Positions 43,495 to 56,379 of a stretch of DNA of 64,000 nucleotides are shown piece by piece. A program made the translations under genes and the position numbers. The notes under the pieces are model-generated. The model did not search any database. It was not told the origin of the DNA and worked only from the letters and a program-made list of their open reading frames with translations. Every line of letters begins with the position of its first letter. Within the stretch, counting starts at the first letter, position 1. The DNA lies in assembly GCF_006345805.1 (NCBI RefSeq), contig NC_043008.1, positions 1,612,001 through 1,676,000 of the forward strand. The letters are read 5' to 3'. Source of the DNA: Octopus sinensis (Eukaryota).

Positions 43495-44159
43495 GTATAT
43501 AGGTTAGCAACAATATTCAATTGATCTGTGTCAGTGAACAATAAATAATGTTATAATTCCCACAGTGCAAGTATGTAAATGAAGCCTGGTGCCATCAGAA
43601 TAGAGTGCAATGTTATGTCAAGTATAACATAGCACGTTTCCACTAATTGTGCCAAATTTAGTCTCTTACACTCTGCATAAATTAAGAGGTGAAACACATC
43701 AGCGATGTAAGTGAAGTGAATTAATATGGCTCTTAAAGGGAACAGAAACCCAATGAGTTAACTTGTAAAGATTCACACCACCACGCTCACCATCATAATC
43801 TACACTAAAAAATATTAGGAAAATTGAGAATTGCTTAAATCTACTCACTCCATTTGACGTAGGGGCTACGTGGTAGTTTGCCATGTTAAATACCAATAAA
43901 TTTGTCTGCATTCACTTAGAATATAATTTGATTTATCATAATGTAACAGTTTTCCTTTTTTTCCCCGGTCTTCTTAATATACTAAATGTTATAATCTGAA
44001 AGTGAGGTAAGTAATATATTGAACATACCCTTCAATGCCCGATCGCATCTAATTTATGACAGTTTACATATATACACACAATTACACATACACCATACGC
44101 ACACACAAACGCACACACATATACTCAAATGCATCCATGTATATACATCCATGCATACA

Positions 44160-44269
44160 TTCATACATACATATATACTTGAATATATATATATATTATT
44201 ATATACATATATACATATATATATATAAATATAAATATAAATATGTATATATGTATATATGTATATATG

Positions 44270-44305
<36 letters not shown>

Positions 44306-44330
44306 TAATATATATATATTATATATATAT

Positions 44331-44389
<59 letters not shown>
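44160..44389. repeat. Long (TA)n-rich microsatellite directly abutting the ribozyme element
   Basis: Directly visible. Confidence 0.95.
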
Positions 44390-44394
<5 letters not shown>

Positions 44395-44511
44395 AATCAA
44401 GGAACGGCCATAATAGGCCATTCACCCACTAGAAATAACAGCCAAAGCTTCAACCGCGAAATAACATTAATTCCGCAAACCAGGAGAAAATTAAAAAACA
44501 TTTACCCTGTA

Positions 44512-44618
44512 ATTTCTTATACGATGCACCGTTTCATCTATTGTTTAATGGTAAACTAACCTGATTAAATTAAATCAAGCCAATCTTCCATAGGCCCTTA
44601 GATTCGTCAGTAAGAAAT
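44512..44618 (-). ncRNA. Type I hammerhead ribozyme (downstream copy on the minus-strand transcript)
   Basis: Minus strand reads AUUUCUUA-CUGACGA-AUCUA-[58 nt]-UAGAU-GAA-ACG-gugcau-CGU-A-UAAGAAAU. This gives an 8-bp stem I, canonical core, 5-bp stem II, 3-bp stem III and a GUA triplet. Predicted cleavage is between 44520 and 44519. Confidence 0.92.
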
Positions 44619-44998
44619 AGCCAGATCGGAACAGATATTTTCACGAGGCACTTCTGTCCCTGCCTCGGCAATATCTGACCTAAAATTTTCAAATCATCGC
44701 ACTCGCGCCAAATTTATCGGCAGCAAATAAATATAAGCCGCCGATTCCATTACGGAATCAACCAGAAAATTCATAATTAATCAATATAGGGTGGCAAAAA
44801 AATTTTGTAGAATTTTTTGCCACCAGCGGCCTAGTGGGAAAAAGTTTTATAGTCATAGACCATTTATAAGTTCAACATCACAATCAAGGAACGGCCATAA
44901 TAGGCCATTCACCCACTAGAAATAACAGCCAAAGCTTCAACCGCAAAATAACATTAATTCCGCAAACCAGGAGAAAATTAAAAAACATTTACCCTGTA

Positions 44999-45105
44999 AT
45001 TTCTTATACGATGCACCGTTTCATCTATTGTTTAATGGTAAACTAACCTGATTAAATTAAATCAAGCCAATCTTCCATAGGCCCTTAGATTCGTCAGTAA
45101 GAAAT
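44999..45105 (-). ncRNA. Type I hammerhead ribozyme (upstream copy on the minus-strand transcript)
   Basis: Identical to 44512-44618, shifted by 487 bp. Predicted cleavage is between 45007 and 45006. Confidence 0.92.
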
Positions 45106-45624
45106 AGCCAGATCGGAACAGATATTTTCACGAGGCACTTCTGATTAATTATATATATATATACATATAAATACAAACACAGGCGAATATAGTGAAATAT
45201 GGAGTAAGTTGAAAACATATTCATACACATAAATATATGCCTGAAAGTACACGCGCATATAGTTTTCTAACAACGTTTGTATGCGTATAGAGATGTAGTT
45301 ATATATGTAATGTATTTATGAATGTGTATATGATATGATATGATATATATACATACACACATGTATAGTTGTGTCGTTTAGAATTCTAATTAGTAATCAC
45401 GAGGTCCGCCTGAAAGCCTAGTTATAAAGTATTCGGTAATTTTGATTTCCTATCCTCGGAGGTCAATTCTTATACAGCAAATGCAATTAGGTGGACGGAA
45501 ATTCGTAGCACTAAAATCCATTCAAATGTATGGAAACATTGATACACATGTACAAATACATATATATATACATACATACATACATGCATGGATACGCATG
45601 CACATATACGTACGTACTTACATG

Positions 45625-45702
<78 letters not shown>

Positions 45703-46247
45703 TATATATATATATGTATATATGTGTGTGTGTATACGTATGTGGAAAACCGAAAGATTTTCTCTGAAAAAGGCAACTAAAATTAAGTTGCCCTCCGACT
45801 TCGTAACACATTCACAGCATCGACAACCCAAACAAAGTCTCGGGGTGAAGGAGAGGAGTCACGACGCTTCAGTGAGCGGAATGCGCAAATCTTTAGGTCT
45901 TAACTGATCCATTTCGTTGATCGACTGACGACCAGTTCAGAAAAAAGTGTCTCCTCTCACCATACCTATACACATAAATGATTTGTAGTATGTACTTAAA
46001 TGCATTCATATAGGTACATACAAATACGCATACACGAATACATACGAAGATATATACATACAGTAACGCATAAACCCAAAAACACTCCACACACACACAC
46101 ACAAGCAGAGACACACATACATATACTGGGCGGTGCCCCAGCACGGCCACCGTTTAATCACTGAAGCAAGTACAACATAGACGTAAAACGTATAACATAA
46201 AATATATTTGGACAGATCTATATTTAGAACGATTGACTGATGAACAA

Positions 46248-46323
<76 letters not shown>

Positions 46324-49300
46324 CATACATTCATACATATATATATATATATGTATACATTTGTGGGTGTGTTCTGTGAGTGTATGAGCAACGAGTTTCC
46401 TAAATACAAACAATAATTCGAAAAGGGCGAAAGAAAATGAATATGAAAAAGGGGGCAATGTAGACGACAGAACTTCAGAATTACAAAGGAATTCAAAGGA
46501 TGTTTCGTTATAGTATGAGAGCAAACGGTACACATAACGTTACTAACGCTGCGATAACTTGTAATGGTTTTCCTTTGTATGCTTAGGCAAGCTTCATACA
46601 CATGAATATAAGGTTTACTAAAAACACAAAACGAAATTATACAGTGACATCAAAGGCGTTACTTTATTATATCTACATGTGTATAATTATGTCTGATTTT
46701 CTCCCTCACAACCATTTGTTTCTCAACAAAGATGTATAGACAGAGATACAATACAAACACACACACACACATGCACACACACACAAACACAACACACACA
46801 TACATTAATTCACTCCTCACACGCATAAACACATATATGCGCATAAACAAAACCAGCCACGCACTACAGCAGTCATACAGACGCGCACATATATTTGTTT
46901 CTGGACGTTTGTGCGCCTTTGCAATCGTTATTGTTACAAGTCGTATATCATTTGACTTTTGTATATCCGACGCATCTGTTGTTACATCAGTTTATCGCAT
47001 TCATTGCGGGCAGAAATATCTATCATCCGTTTTGAGAAAATACAATTTTGCTTCAAAATAAAAAGAAGTCTCATGTCAGTTTTCTATCCATTCTCCGACG
47101 AGCTTCTGCGAAAGCGTTTCCATTCTGATTACAGAAATCAAGGGCGGCTTGTGTTATCTTAGTAATGTTTGTGCCATCGGTGGTAATGGAACCAGTTCTG
47201 TTGGTGCTGATGAGAGTATAGCCACAATTCTACGGCGACCCCAACGTACCAATTGAAACTCAGTAGGAAAGTATCTTATTTAAATGAAGACATCCGGCAA
47301 GATGCACCCGCACTAATGGATGCAACGCAACTAACTGTGTATCCCACCCGTATGGGACAGATGCAGGATGGGCCGAAGCGATCATTGTGTTGAGTAAATT
47401 TCCTTGCTAACTCAATTTTTCGTTTCCCTCATTCACTTTATATGTTTATGTGTGTCTGTGTAATATACACATCCGTGTGTGTGTGCATGTGCGTGTATCT
47501 GACATTTTTCCTGTCCATTTGATATGGTAGTGAGAGTTAGCGGTGGCATTGCCAACATCTGAATGACCTATACCTGTCTATCGGAGGACAGGTACAGGTC
47601 CCTTGACAGAGATGGTTTTGATGGGATAAAAGCATTTTCAACTATCTATTCCTGTATGAGTGATATATGTTCGTATGCGAAACAACCAAATATCGAAAGC
47701 TTTGTTTCACCCATACTTAAGGATATTTTGAGATACAACCAAATATGTAGGAATGTTATCGACATTTAACCTTTGATTGCTAAATATCATCACCTGATGT
47801 TTCAAAATTTAAAATGATGTGGCAATCATCAAACAAAAGTTAATGTGCGTTAATTTTCCATAAGAATTATATTTTATTGTGCAAGGGATTAACATTTGTT
47901 AGACGGTAATTAAATTGAAAATTTGTATGAAAATAAATCTTAAATAAAGATATTTTCCGTTTTGCATATGCATTCATGCGATCCTTTTTGAAAAGGCATA
48001 GGGGTCAATATTCCTTATGATGACTACGGGAGAATGTATCCGAAGAAAAAAAGATGTATTGTGATTTAAGCCGTTCCAGATGCCAAGAAATTAGATGCAC
48101 GGGTGTGTGTGATGCTGTGGATTCGAATGATCATCATATCATGTCACATAACACGACATATCCGAATCAAGAAAATGCTTATCGGATTCGACAGCCTTTG
48201 TAAAGTATTTTAGTGAAATACTTGAAATTGCACACGTGTATAAACATTGTATATCCGCATCATAATATTGTGCAATATAAAAGCACAGACTGACAAATCT
48301 TTGTATATGCGCTTTGACGTCTTCCTGTTTGAATGCAAAGAATTGGTATATTCCTTCCACTGAGCTGGTCGTGAACATTATTGCTCTAGAAACTATGAAA
48401 TACAAAATTGTTATCCGCGGAATTTGACCTTACGGTACACGTACACACAATCGAAATAAACAACACAAGTAATTCTGTCCATCGTTCTGACGTCTCTGAA
48501 AAATCCCCGCTCACTGCATATTTGCATGACTCTTTTCTCATTTTCCAATCTATCAAAATATTTTGAATTTTAATAACCTCATGTATTTCTTCCTCACATA
48601 TCGTCCAAAGCAAAAGCAGTTTCCATATCACTGAAGATTGCAGTTTCACTAAGTTGTTATTTGTTTGTTCAAGAAATAGCTATGGCCCTTATATGTCAAC
48701 TGACAAACCCCATTATTTCTCCAGAGATTTTATTGATGACTAATTGATATGAACTATTCCATTTTCAAGATGATTGTTTGTACCTTTTAGAGAGAATTGC
48801 CAGCCATTTCTTGTGAATCTAGCGACGTTGCTTGGCTTTTCTCGTTGACTCATACATTCAGTATGTTTCCCAAAAACAAGTTACTTGTATATCCTGTTAA
48901 ATCTCGCATGTAACTTCAAAATATTCCATCCGCATTATTTGTAACCACTAACGGATTTGATTCTTTCATTAGATATATTAGTGGAATTAGATCTTGACTG
49001 AAAAATAGTGGCAATAAATAACTTCGTTGAACAATTCATTTTTTATATATATATTGAGAAGACCGGTCTTTTTTTATCACCTCTTCATCTTGCAGTGTTA
49101 TTGGTGTTATACGTTTTGACATGTCATGATTGATGTACTGTCTTAGATTTGGAAACGATTCGTTCATATAAATTATCTACTTCATCAGTGGAAAGTTTTC
49201 CTGTCGAAAGCTTTCTGGAAATCGATAAACGCTATACTTAGATTTTCATTTCTTTTTCTTTGGTCTTCAATAACTGCTCTGTTTACCAATAGCTTTTCCT

Positions 49301-51067
49301 TTATATTCATACATCTCTTTCCAGAATCATTTTACTCTTCTGCTAATACACTGTAATCTAACAAATTATCATCCAGAATATTATATATTATTTGTAAGCA
49401 GTTTATATTTTTGTAATCTGCTTGGCTTATATGAATATTTCTTTAGTCTGATCTCCTTTCAACATCTCTAATATTTAATAGCTACGATTTATGCCTGGAT
49501 TAAAACCTAAACCGATGTCACATTTGTGTATTATTCATTGTGTAATGCTGTGCCAACTACTTAATCGTCTATGCGATCTCTCCAAAATGTGTGATATTAT
49601 AATGAATACTGTCTTTTGATTTTCATCTCTTATTTATTTATCGAGTGCTGGTATATTGCATTAGCATTATATAATCATCTAGTAAGCTAATGGTTTTGAC
49701 CCTTTACATGCCTTCATTTTACATTTTACCAATTTTATTTACAGAGTTTATTTCTAAATTCCATCCTTAAAGAATGTAATTTTCACTCATGGTTTTCTTT
49801 CTCATGGAGGCACTAACTAAAGGTTTCTAACACGAATTTGAATTCATTTATTCAATATGTTAATACCTGCTAGATTTATTTTCATAAATACACGTTTTAT
49901 TTACCAGATTTTATGTCAACTATAAAATTTTAAAGCCTTTCTGTATATATCATTATTTACTATGGCTTAAAAAACTGTAGCCATCGATTTATAAATTATA
50001 AATGTTTCATAAATAAGTTGTGCCGATGTTAGCGTGCGTAGGATTTGCACCAATTTATATTCAACTTCATTTTATCAAAGTATCTCAGTGGAAACTTTCG
50101 ACAGTTTTTTTACAAAACACGAGGGCCTGTTGGAATATAAGAGAAAACGCTTTTCAGATTGTTTTAGTAGAAATAATCTTCGTAAACACAGTTATTTGAA
50201 ATTTTCTTTCCAGTCCATTTCACTGGCGCATTAAAATATATTTTATAATTTTTATTAACATTTTTGTGGTGTGTCTGATACTTTCTACTACTATATTCTC
50301 TTCTGTGTACTTTTTTCCTATTCGTGGTTTAAAAGTATGTAATTTTTTTTGTCGATTTATTAATATACATTTTCACTGTCGCTTGCTGGTATTAAGTATT
50401 TTTTTCATTTTTTCCCCCTATAATGTTTTTCGAATACGCACAATGCATAAACCATTTTCTTTCTCTAGAGTAGTCTTTATGTTCCCCTAACACACTCTCA
50501 TTGTTGCTGTAACTCACTCTCTAATGTAATCGATGAGACGCTGCGTCTGACATTGACAGATTTTCTCCCGATCCCGACGTGATGTGTCTTGCATTAGGGA
50601 ACGGGATTGTGCCAATCAACCAACGTCGACTGTTATATGTCTATCCCCTACAAACAATATGAATGCTAAATACCTTACTAGATTTAAACTGAGAGAGAAG
50701 AAAGAAATAATGAACGTTTTCTTTCGCTTACTGAGAAAACCCTCCAGCAGACTTCTTTTTTGCTATTGATTGGCCTTTCAGGCAAATTCTTGCATTTCAA
50801 ACAGCTTAGCATTCCCGTGATGCATAGCGACAGAGGTAGAGTTTTAGTTGAAGAAGGTTTTAACATTATTTTGTTACCCTGTACGTTATTAATATAAATA
50901 TGCTGATGCAATGTAAAATGTTTGTGCGTTGGTGGCGGTTGTGTCGTAAGAATTTTCTTTCAATTCCATAATGTGATACCATTTCTTCCTTTCTTATACG
51001 CTCGGAGTGATCGACGCCTTACGAGTGGATTTGTTTGATGGATACCGAAAGAAGCCCGTCACCTATA

Positions 51068-51117
<50 letters not shown>

Positions 51118-51443
51118 GTGTGTGTATGTATGTTTGTGTGTGTGTGCGTGTTTAAACTCAGATTTGGTGTACAAGAAGCATCTTTGCAGATGCATAGTTT
51201 TTCAGTGGATGCTGCTTGCACTGCACTACCCTCAACTATTGGGTCCAAGAAGACCCCGTGTGACATGAGAACTGACAAAATCTCTTGGTGGTCCAAATCA
51301 GATATGCAATCTATGTGGCTAGATTTATGAAACTTTGATTTACAGAGCCATGTCAGAAGCCACAATAGATCTAAGGTGTAAGTACGAGACGTGATAGGCC
51401 CAGGCATAATGAGGAGATAATCAGATAATCGCCATAGGTATAT

Positions 51444-51477
<34 letters not shown>

Positions 51478-51478
51478 T

Positions 51479-51510
<32 letters not shown>

Positions 51511-51542
51511 CGTGCGTGTGTGTGGTGTATGTATGTATACAT

Positions 51543-51918
51543 ACTCTTTTACTCTCTGTTACTCTTTTACTTGTTTCAGTCATTTGACTGCGGCCATGCT
51601 GGAGCACCGCCTTTTAGTACTTATTCTATCGGTCTCTTTTTGCCGAACCGCTAAGTGACGGGGACCTAAACACACCAGCATCGGTTGTCAAGCCATGCTA
51701 GGGGGACAAACACAGACACACACACACACGCATACATATATATATACATATATACGACGGGCTTCTTTCAGTTTCCGTCTACCAAATCCACTCACAAGGC
51801 ATTAGTCGGCCCGGGGCTATAGCAGAAGACACTTGCCCAAGATGCCACGCAGTGGGACTGAACCCGCAACCGTGTGGTTGGTTAGCAAGCTACTTACCAC
51901 ACAGCCACTCCTGCGCCT
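51543..51918 (-). mobile_element. Family-C SINE with a short internal microsatellite
   Basis: Minus-strand head aggcgcaggagtggctgtgtggtaagtagcttgc...gggttcagtcccactgcg; colinear with 27557-28052. Confidence 0.92.
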
Positions 51919-51946
51919 ATATATGTAATGTATATATTATTGTATT

Positions 51947-52026
<80 letters not shown>

Positions 52027-53997
52027 CTTTTAAATTCGTTTGTGGGAAACGTTTTGAATATACAATTAAACGCTCCTATACTATTATGCCGGGTACAACA
52101 CAATGATGCCCGCAGGCGATAGCAGTTTTTTGTGGTCGCATCGAGCTATAACTTTATAATTTACGATAAATAGAGTAATAATAATAATAATCCTTGGATG
52201 GAACTTGAAAATAATTTAATGCATCACTACGCATATCTTTCTTATGATCAAGAAAGATCTTCAGAAACATGTAATTTGTGGAAACGCCCAAGGGATGCAG
52301 TACAGTATTCATAAATTCCATACAAGGAATATTATTATTATTAATATTATATGTGTGTATGCGATCAAATAAGCACCAGGATTTAAAGAAAGACGTACAT
52401 TGATATAGTCCTTCCACAAAAGATTTTCACGGCAATGGCCCCCATCATGGGTCCATTCAAATGGTTGAAGGAATGAAAAAGAAAAACACACACTTAAAAT
52501 CACTCACAAATATTGATTTGGTACTGCCATGCGTTAATCACCAAAGTTTAGGATTTATAGAAATTCTGCACAGTGTTTTGTAATATCGAAATATATTTTG
52601 TTGTGCGGTCTGTTATGTCGTATTACTTTCAGAGTGCACTGTGGGTTCAACCAGGAAACAGGTAGGTGTTTATGTAATGTTGTTTGATTAGTGTTTTGTT
52701 CGAGATATATTCTATTGTGCTGTTTCCAGTCTTAATATGGAATGATTACTTTTTTCTTTGTGCCTCTTGTCAATCATGGTTTATAATAAAACAGCCAGTA
52801 TTATTTCTCCGTCCATCATTCATTGGCGTGCAGTTTTCATTTTGTTTTCACTGATGCTAGTAATAGGAATTGCAGTTTCTTGTAGTTATTAATCTCCTGA
52901 AAGGACACTGACATATATATTGCACTTGCTTCAAAGCATAAACGCATGACATTCATACTATGGCATTTCCCATAAATTCTAGACCAGCAACGATTGATTT
53001 TTTCCTTGTCGCTACCGCTGTGGTGTGTAGAGTATTACTTTATATTTAGTTTACATTCTTTATTTACTCAATTCCATTCTTACGTGTTTCTCGTATTCAC
53101 TCTTGTTTTGGCACAGTAAATATTCATAAAATCAGATAAGCAAAGACATAATATAAGTATAAAGCGTTGATAATTGTCCATAATCCAGCACTGATTGAGA
53201 AGAGCCGTCACCAAACCATATTTTAGAAGTGATCATCTGGTTTTCGGGAAAATATTTAAGAGGGCATTGACCAACATTCCATTTACTTATCTCAGAAATA
53301 ATGTCGAAATATTCAGCGGCTATTCCTGATTGTTGAGCAGCAACTTACACTCTTCTTCGCTGCTTTGTGGATATTAATGTTTAGCCCCAGGACAATATTG
53401 GTTAAGCACAGCCTTGGACGGAAATATTTAGGTCAATGTGACGATAAATACATCACAATGACGAGGTAAAAATATACAAACAGAATTATTATTTTGAAGC
53501 TCAGGAAATTGGAAAGAAAGGAAATATTCTAAACGTTTCCAATATAACTACTTCTTTTAAAACATGGAACGGAAAGAAATTAGAACGCACATTTCATGAG
53601 TTTATATCCAGGGATATCCAGCAGCATGAGAGAGAAATAGACAGCTGTGTGTGTGCGTGTATGCAGAGACACTTTTAATTATATGGAATGCGTTGTACAA
53701 AATATAAATTCATTTTATTACTGCATTCAGTGACTTGAAATTAATTGTATGTGGTTTCTTCTAGATTCACTTCGACATTCTTATTTGTTCTCTCGGGTAT
53801 AATTGCCGATGTAGAAATTAATACAACCCTTTGTGTGTTTAATTACACTCCCGGTCCTTTTGTGTTCACATCTCCTTGCGTCCTTACAATAGGCCAAACG
53901 GGATAAGCGTCTCGCTAAATAAACTGACCAGGCTTCCACGTTCTTGACCTCGCCATTGATTGACGTATTTCCTCTTCTTCTTCGTCTCCTTTTCTTC

Positions 53998-54005
53998 ACC
54001 TACTA

Positions 54006-54076
<71 letters not shown>

Positions 54077-54157
54077 GCTACTAATGATGATGATGATGAT
54101 GGTGCTGCTGCTGCCACTGCAACAACCACCACTACCAGCACCACCACTACTACTACA
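53998..54157. repeat. Compound trinucleotide repeat (CTA)n(GAT)n(GCT)n(CCA)n
   Basis: Directly visible. It generates the poly-T and poly-V pseudo-ORFs. Confidence 0.95.
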
Positions 54158-54780
54158 TGTTCCTGCTTGCTTTCTTCGTTTTGTTTTTACACCGTTTTCA
54201 TAGATATAATAAACAAAGGATGATCCCGATTACCTGCTGTTGCGCACACGACGTTTCCCACTGTCGGCTAAATCCATTGTGAAGATCGTCCCACCGCCTT
54301 CCTTTGGAAATGGGTAGGACAGGCAGTTTTAACTATTTGGTAGCGGTCGCGTTTTTGTAGTGGACCTTATTGAATCGGCAGAAGCCAGATATCTTCAGCG
54401 TTTGTTCACTTCCAAGTGTCACTTGAATAGTAAAGTGAGCGTGGAGAAAGAAATACTTCCTTCCAACAAATCTCCTGAAAGGTGTATGAGAATGGCAAGC
54501 ATAGTGTGAGTGAACAGGTCTGCTCTATCCATGCAGTAGTAGGAGGATGAGTAGAGAGCATATAGTTTTACGTTTATAATGAGCGTGCTTTTGTGAGGTG
54601 CAAACTTAGGAAGACTCCCACAATCGGTAGAGTTGCTCTTTCTAATATTTGTTCCTTTGCTTTTGTGATTTTGTCCTGAATATGTCTTCATACAAACGTC
54701 ACATCATTCCATACGATGTACTGTAATTGTTCCTTCCATAAATAATTAGTTCATAATACAGAAATCACTTGCAACAATTG

Positions 54781-54835
54781 AGCCATTTGACTGCGGCCAT
54801 TCTGGAGAACCGCCTTTAGTCGAGCAAATCGACAG
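54781..54835 (-). mobile_element. Family-C SINE 3' fragment
   Basis: catttgactgcggccattctggagaaccgcctttagtcgagcaaatcgac matches the family-C tail. Confidence 0.75.
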
Positions 54836-56311
54836 TTACTGTAAAGTGTAGGACAGAAAAGGATATTGGCCGAGTCCATAGTCACGGTCACTCAGAAACC
54901 TTCTTTCGACTGGGAATAGCAGGCCGTCTACCTGTGGCCGTCTACGTGTGCTAAAATAGGTAGTGTGGTTGACGAGGTTGAAAGAATAGAAACATACATC
55001 CTCATTTTCCGCCAAAGCCTCATCGGCAAAGAAATGTGTGGGTGGAGAGGGAAGTCCTGTCCATTTCCCCGTTAATTTTCCTTTCGGAAGCACTAAAATA
55101 TTTATCATTTGTGTAATCCTGATGATTAAATTTTTAAAAATAATATAATGTTAAACCTCTTACGCTGACATTATGAATGCAATATCGTTGAAATAAATGC
55201 AGAATCTCTATAGGAATAAAATACAGAAAACTGTTTCTGATTGATCCATTAATTTAAATGCCAGTTCCTCTGAATATGGGGACAGTCTTCGAAAATATGG
55301 GCTCTTATCGTATTTCGCCTCAAATGCCACCTAATGCACTGATGGTAAGCCCCTTTGGTTAAATTTGTCGTTTGACAAATCGAAAATGAATTTGCCAGTT
55401 TAACTTTCGATTAAATTTTGCCAAATAACACTTTTGTGACATTGCAAATATGATTGATCTACGACAAATATGTACACACACACGCACACACAGACACACA
55501 CAGACACACACACAGACACACGCACGCACACACACAAATACACACACACACACAAATACACATACACACACATAATATCAAACAGTTTCGGATGTATATA
55601 CAACAAAACGTGATTTATTCTCAACCCAGATTGTTCGTGTATTTTCTATTATTACTTTTTCATTCTTAATATCAGACAACTTAATATAAATCTATGAAAA
55701 CAATCTTTATTTTTAAGTGCGTTGTTTTATATTCTAAGTGCTAGGTTTGAGATATTTGATAAATAGATTTGCCACAGATACATAAAATTGCGGACTGGTT
55801 TACAGCGAATATGCAGAACTATATTTGTTTTGTAACTTCCATAACGTGATGGTTCAATAAGGAACGAAGCAATTATCTATTCATATATTTATATTCAATA
55901 TAAAGCTGAAATATTATAAACATATGCGCGTTCTAAAATTGAGCTTGTTATAAAATTGGGTATTTCTTAAAGTGATCATTATCGTTCATACAAATATAGT
56001 TCATATATATATTTGAAAGTCCAAAGATATTTTCTACAACGAATTAGCAATAAAAAGAACGTAGCCTCAATTTCCTCATTTTTATGTTTCAGTTATATAC
56101 ATTTTTACGGAACAAACTGTTTTACATACACCATTTCGTATCCCCCTCACCCCCAAAAAAAATCATTAGAGCATTCTATTATAAAAGTCTTCAGCCATAC
56201 CATTTTAAGTCTATGCCCACCGCACCAATATTCTGCTTTAAAATTCATTTTAATATTTATAATAAAACTTAAAACGTTTTCTCTCGGCTTCACTCTATAC
56301 GTACATACGCA

Positions 56312-56379
<68 letters not shown>

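Larger units (their letters stand above)
44390..45143 (-). mobile_element. Retrozyme-like or non-autonomous Penelope-like element: 267-bp direct repeats, 487-bp period, no ORF
   Basis: 44390-44656 and 44877-45143 are identical except for one base (g44458/a44945). The 220-bp spacer is hairpin-rich. Each repeat holds a hammerhead ribozyme, and (TA)n lies on both flanks. Confidence 0.85.

Noticed and set aside
44390-45143. The direct repeats as LTRs of a classical LTR retrotransposon/TRIM, or as a CRISPR-like array
   Set aside because: No TG..CA termini, primer-binding site, polypurine tract or 4-6 bp TSD. There are only two long repeats, and the embedded hammerheads explain the layout better.
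47192-47245. ctgatga...gaaac motif pair
   Set aside because: The intervening sequence forms no stem II, and stems I and III are absent.
47560-49500. Coding-like decayed stretch, possibly an old DNA transposase
   Set aside because: Many stops and no diagnostic catalytic motif that I could identify with confidence.
54836-55108. 90-aa protein-like ORF on the minus strand
   Set aside because: No recognisable domain, ambiguous splice signals, and it ends at a SINE fragment. Unsupported without expression data.
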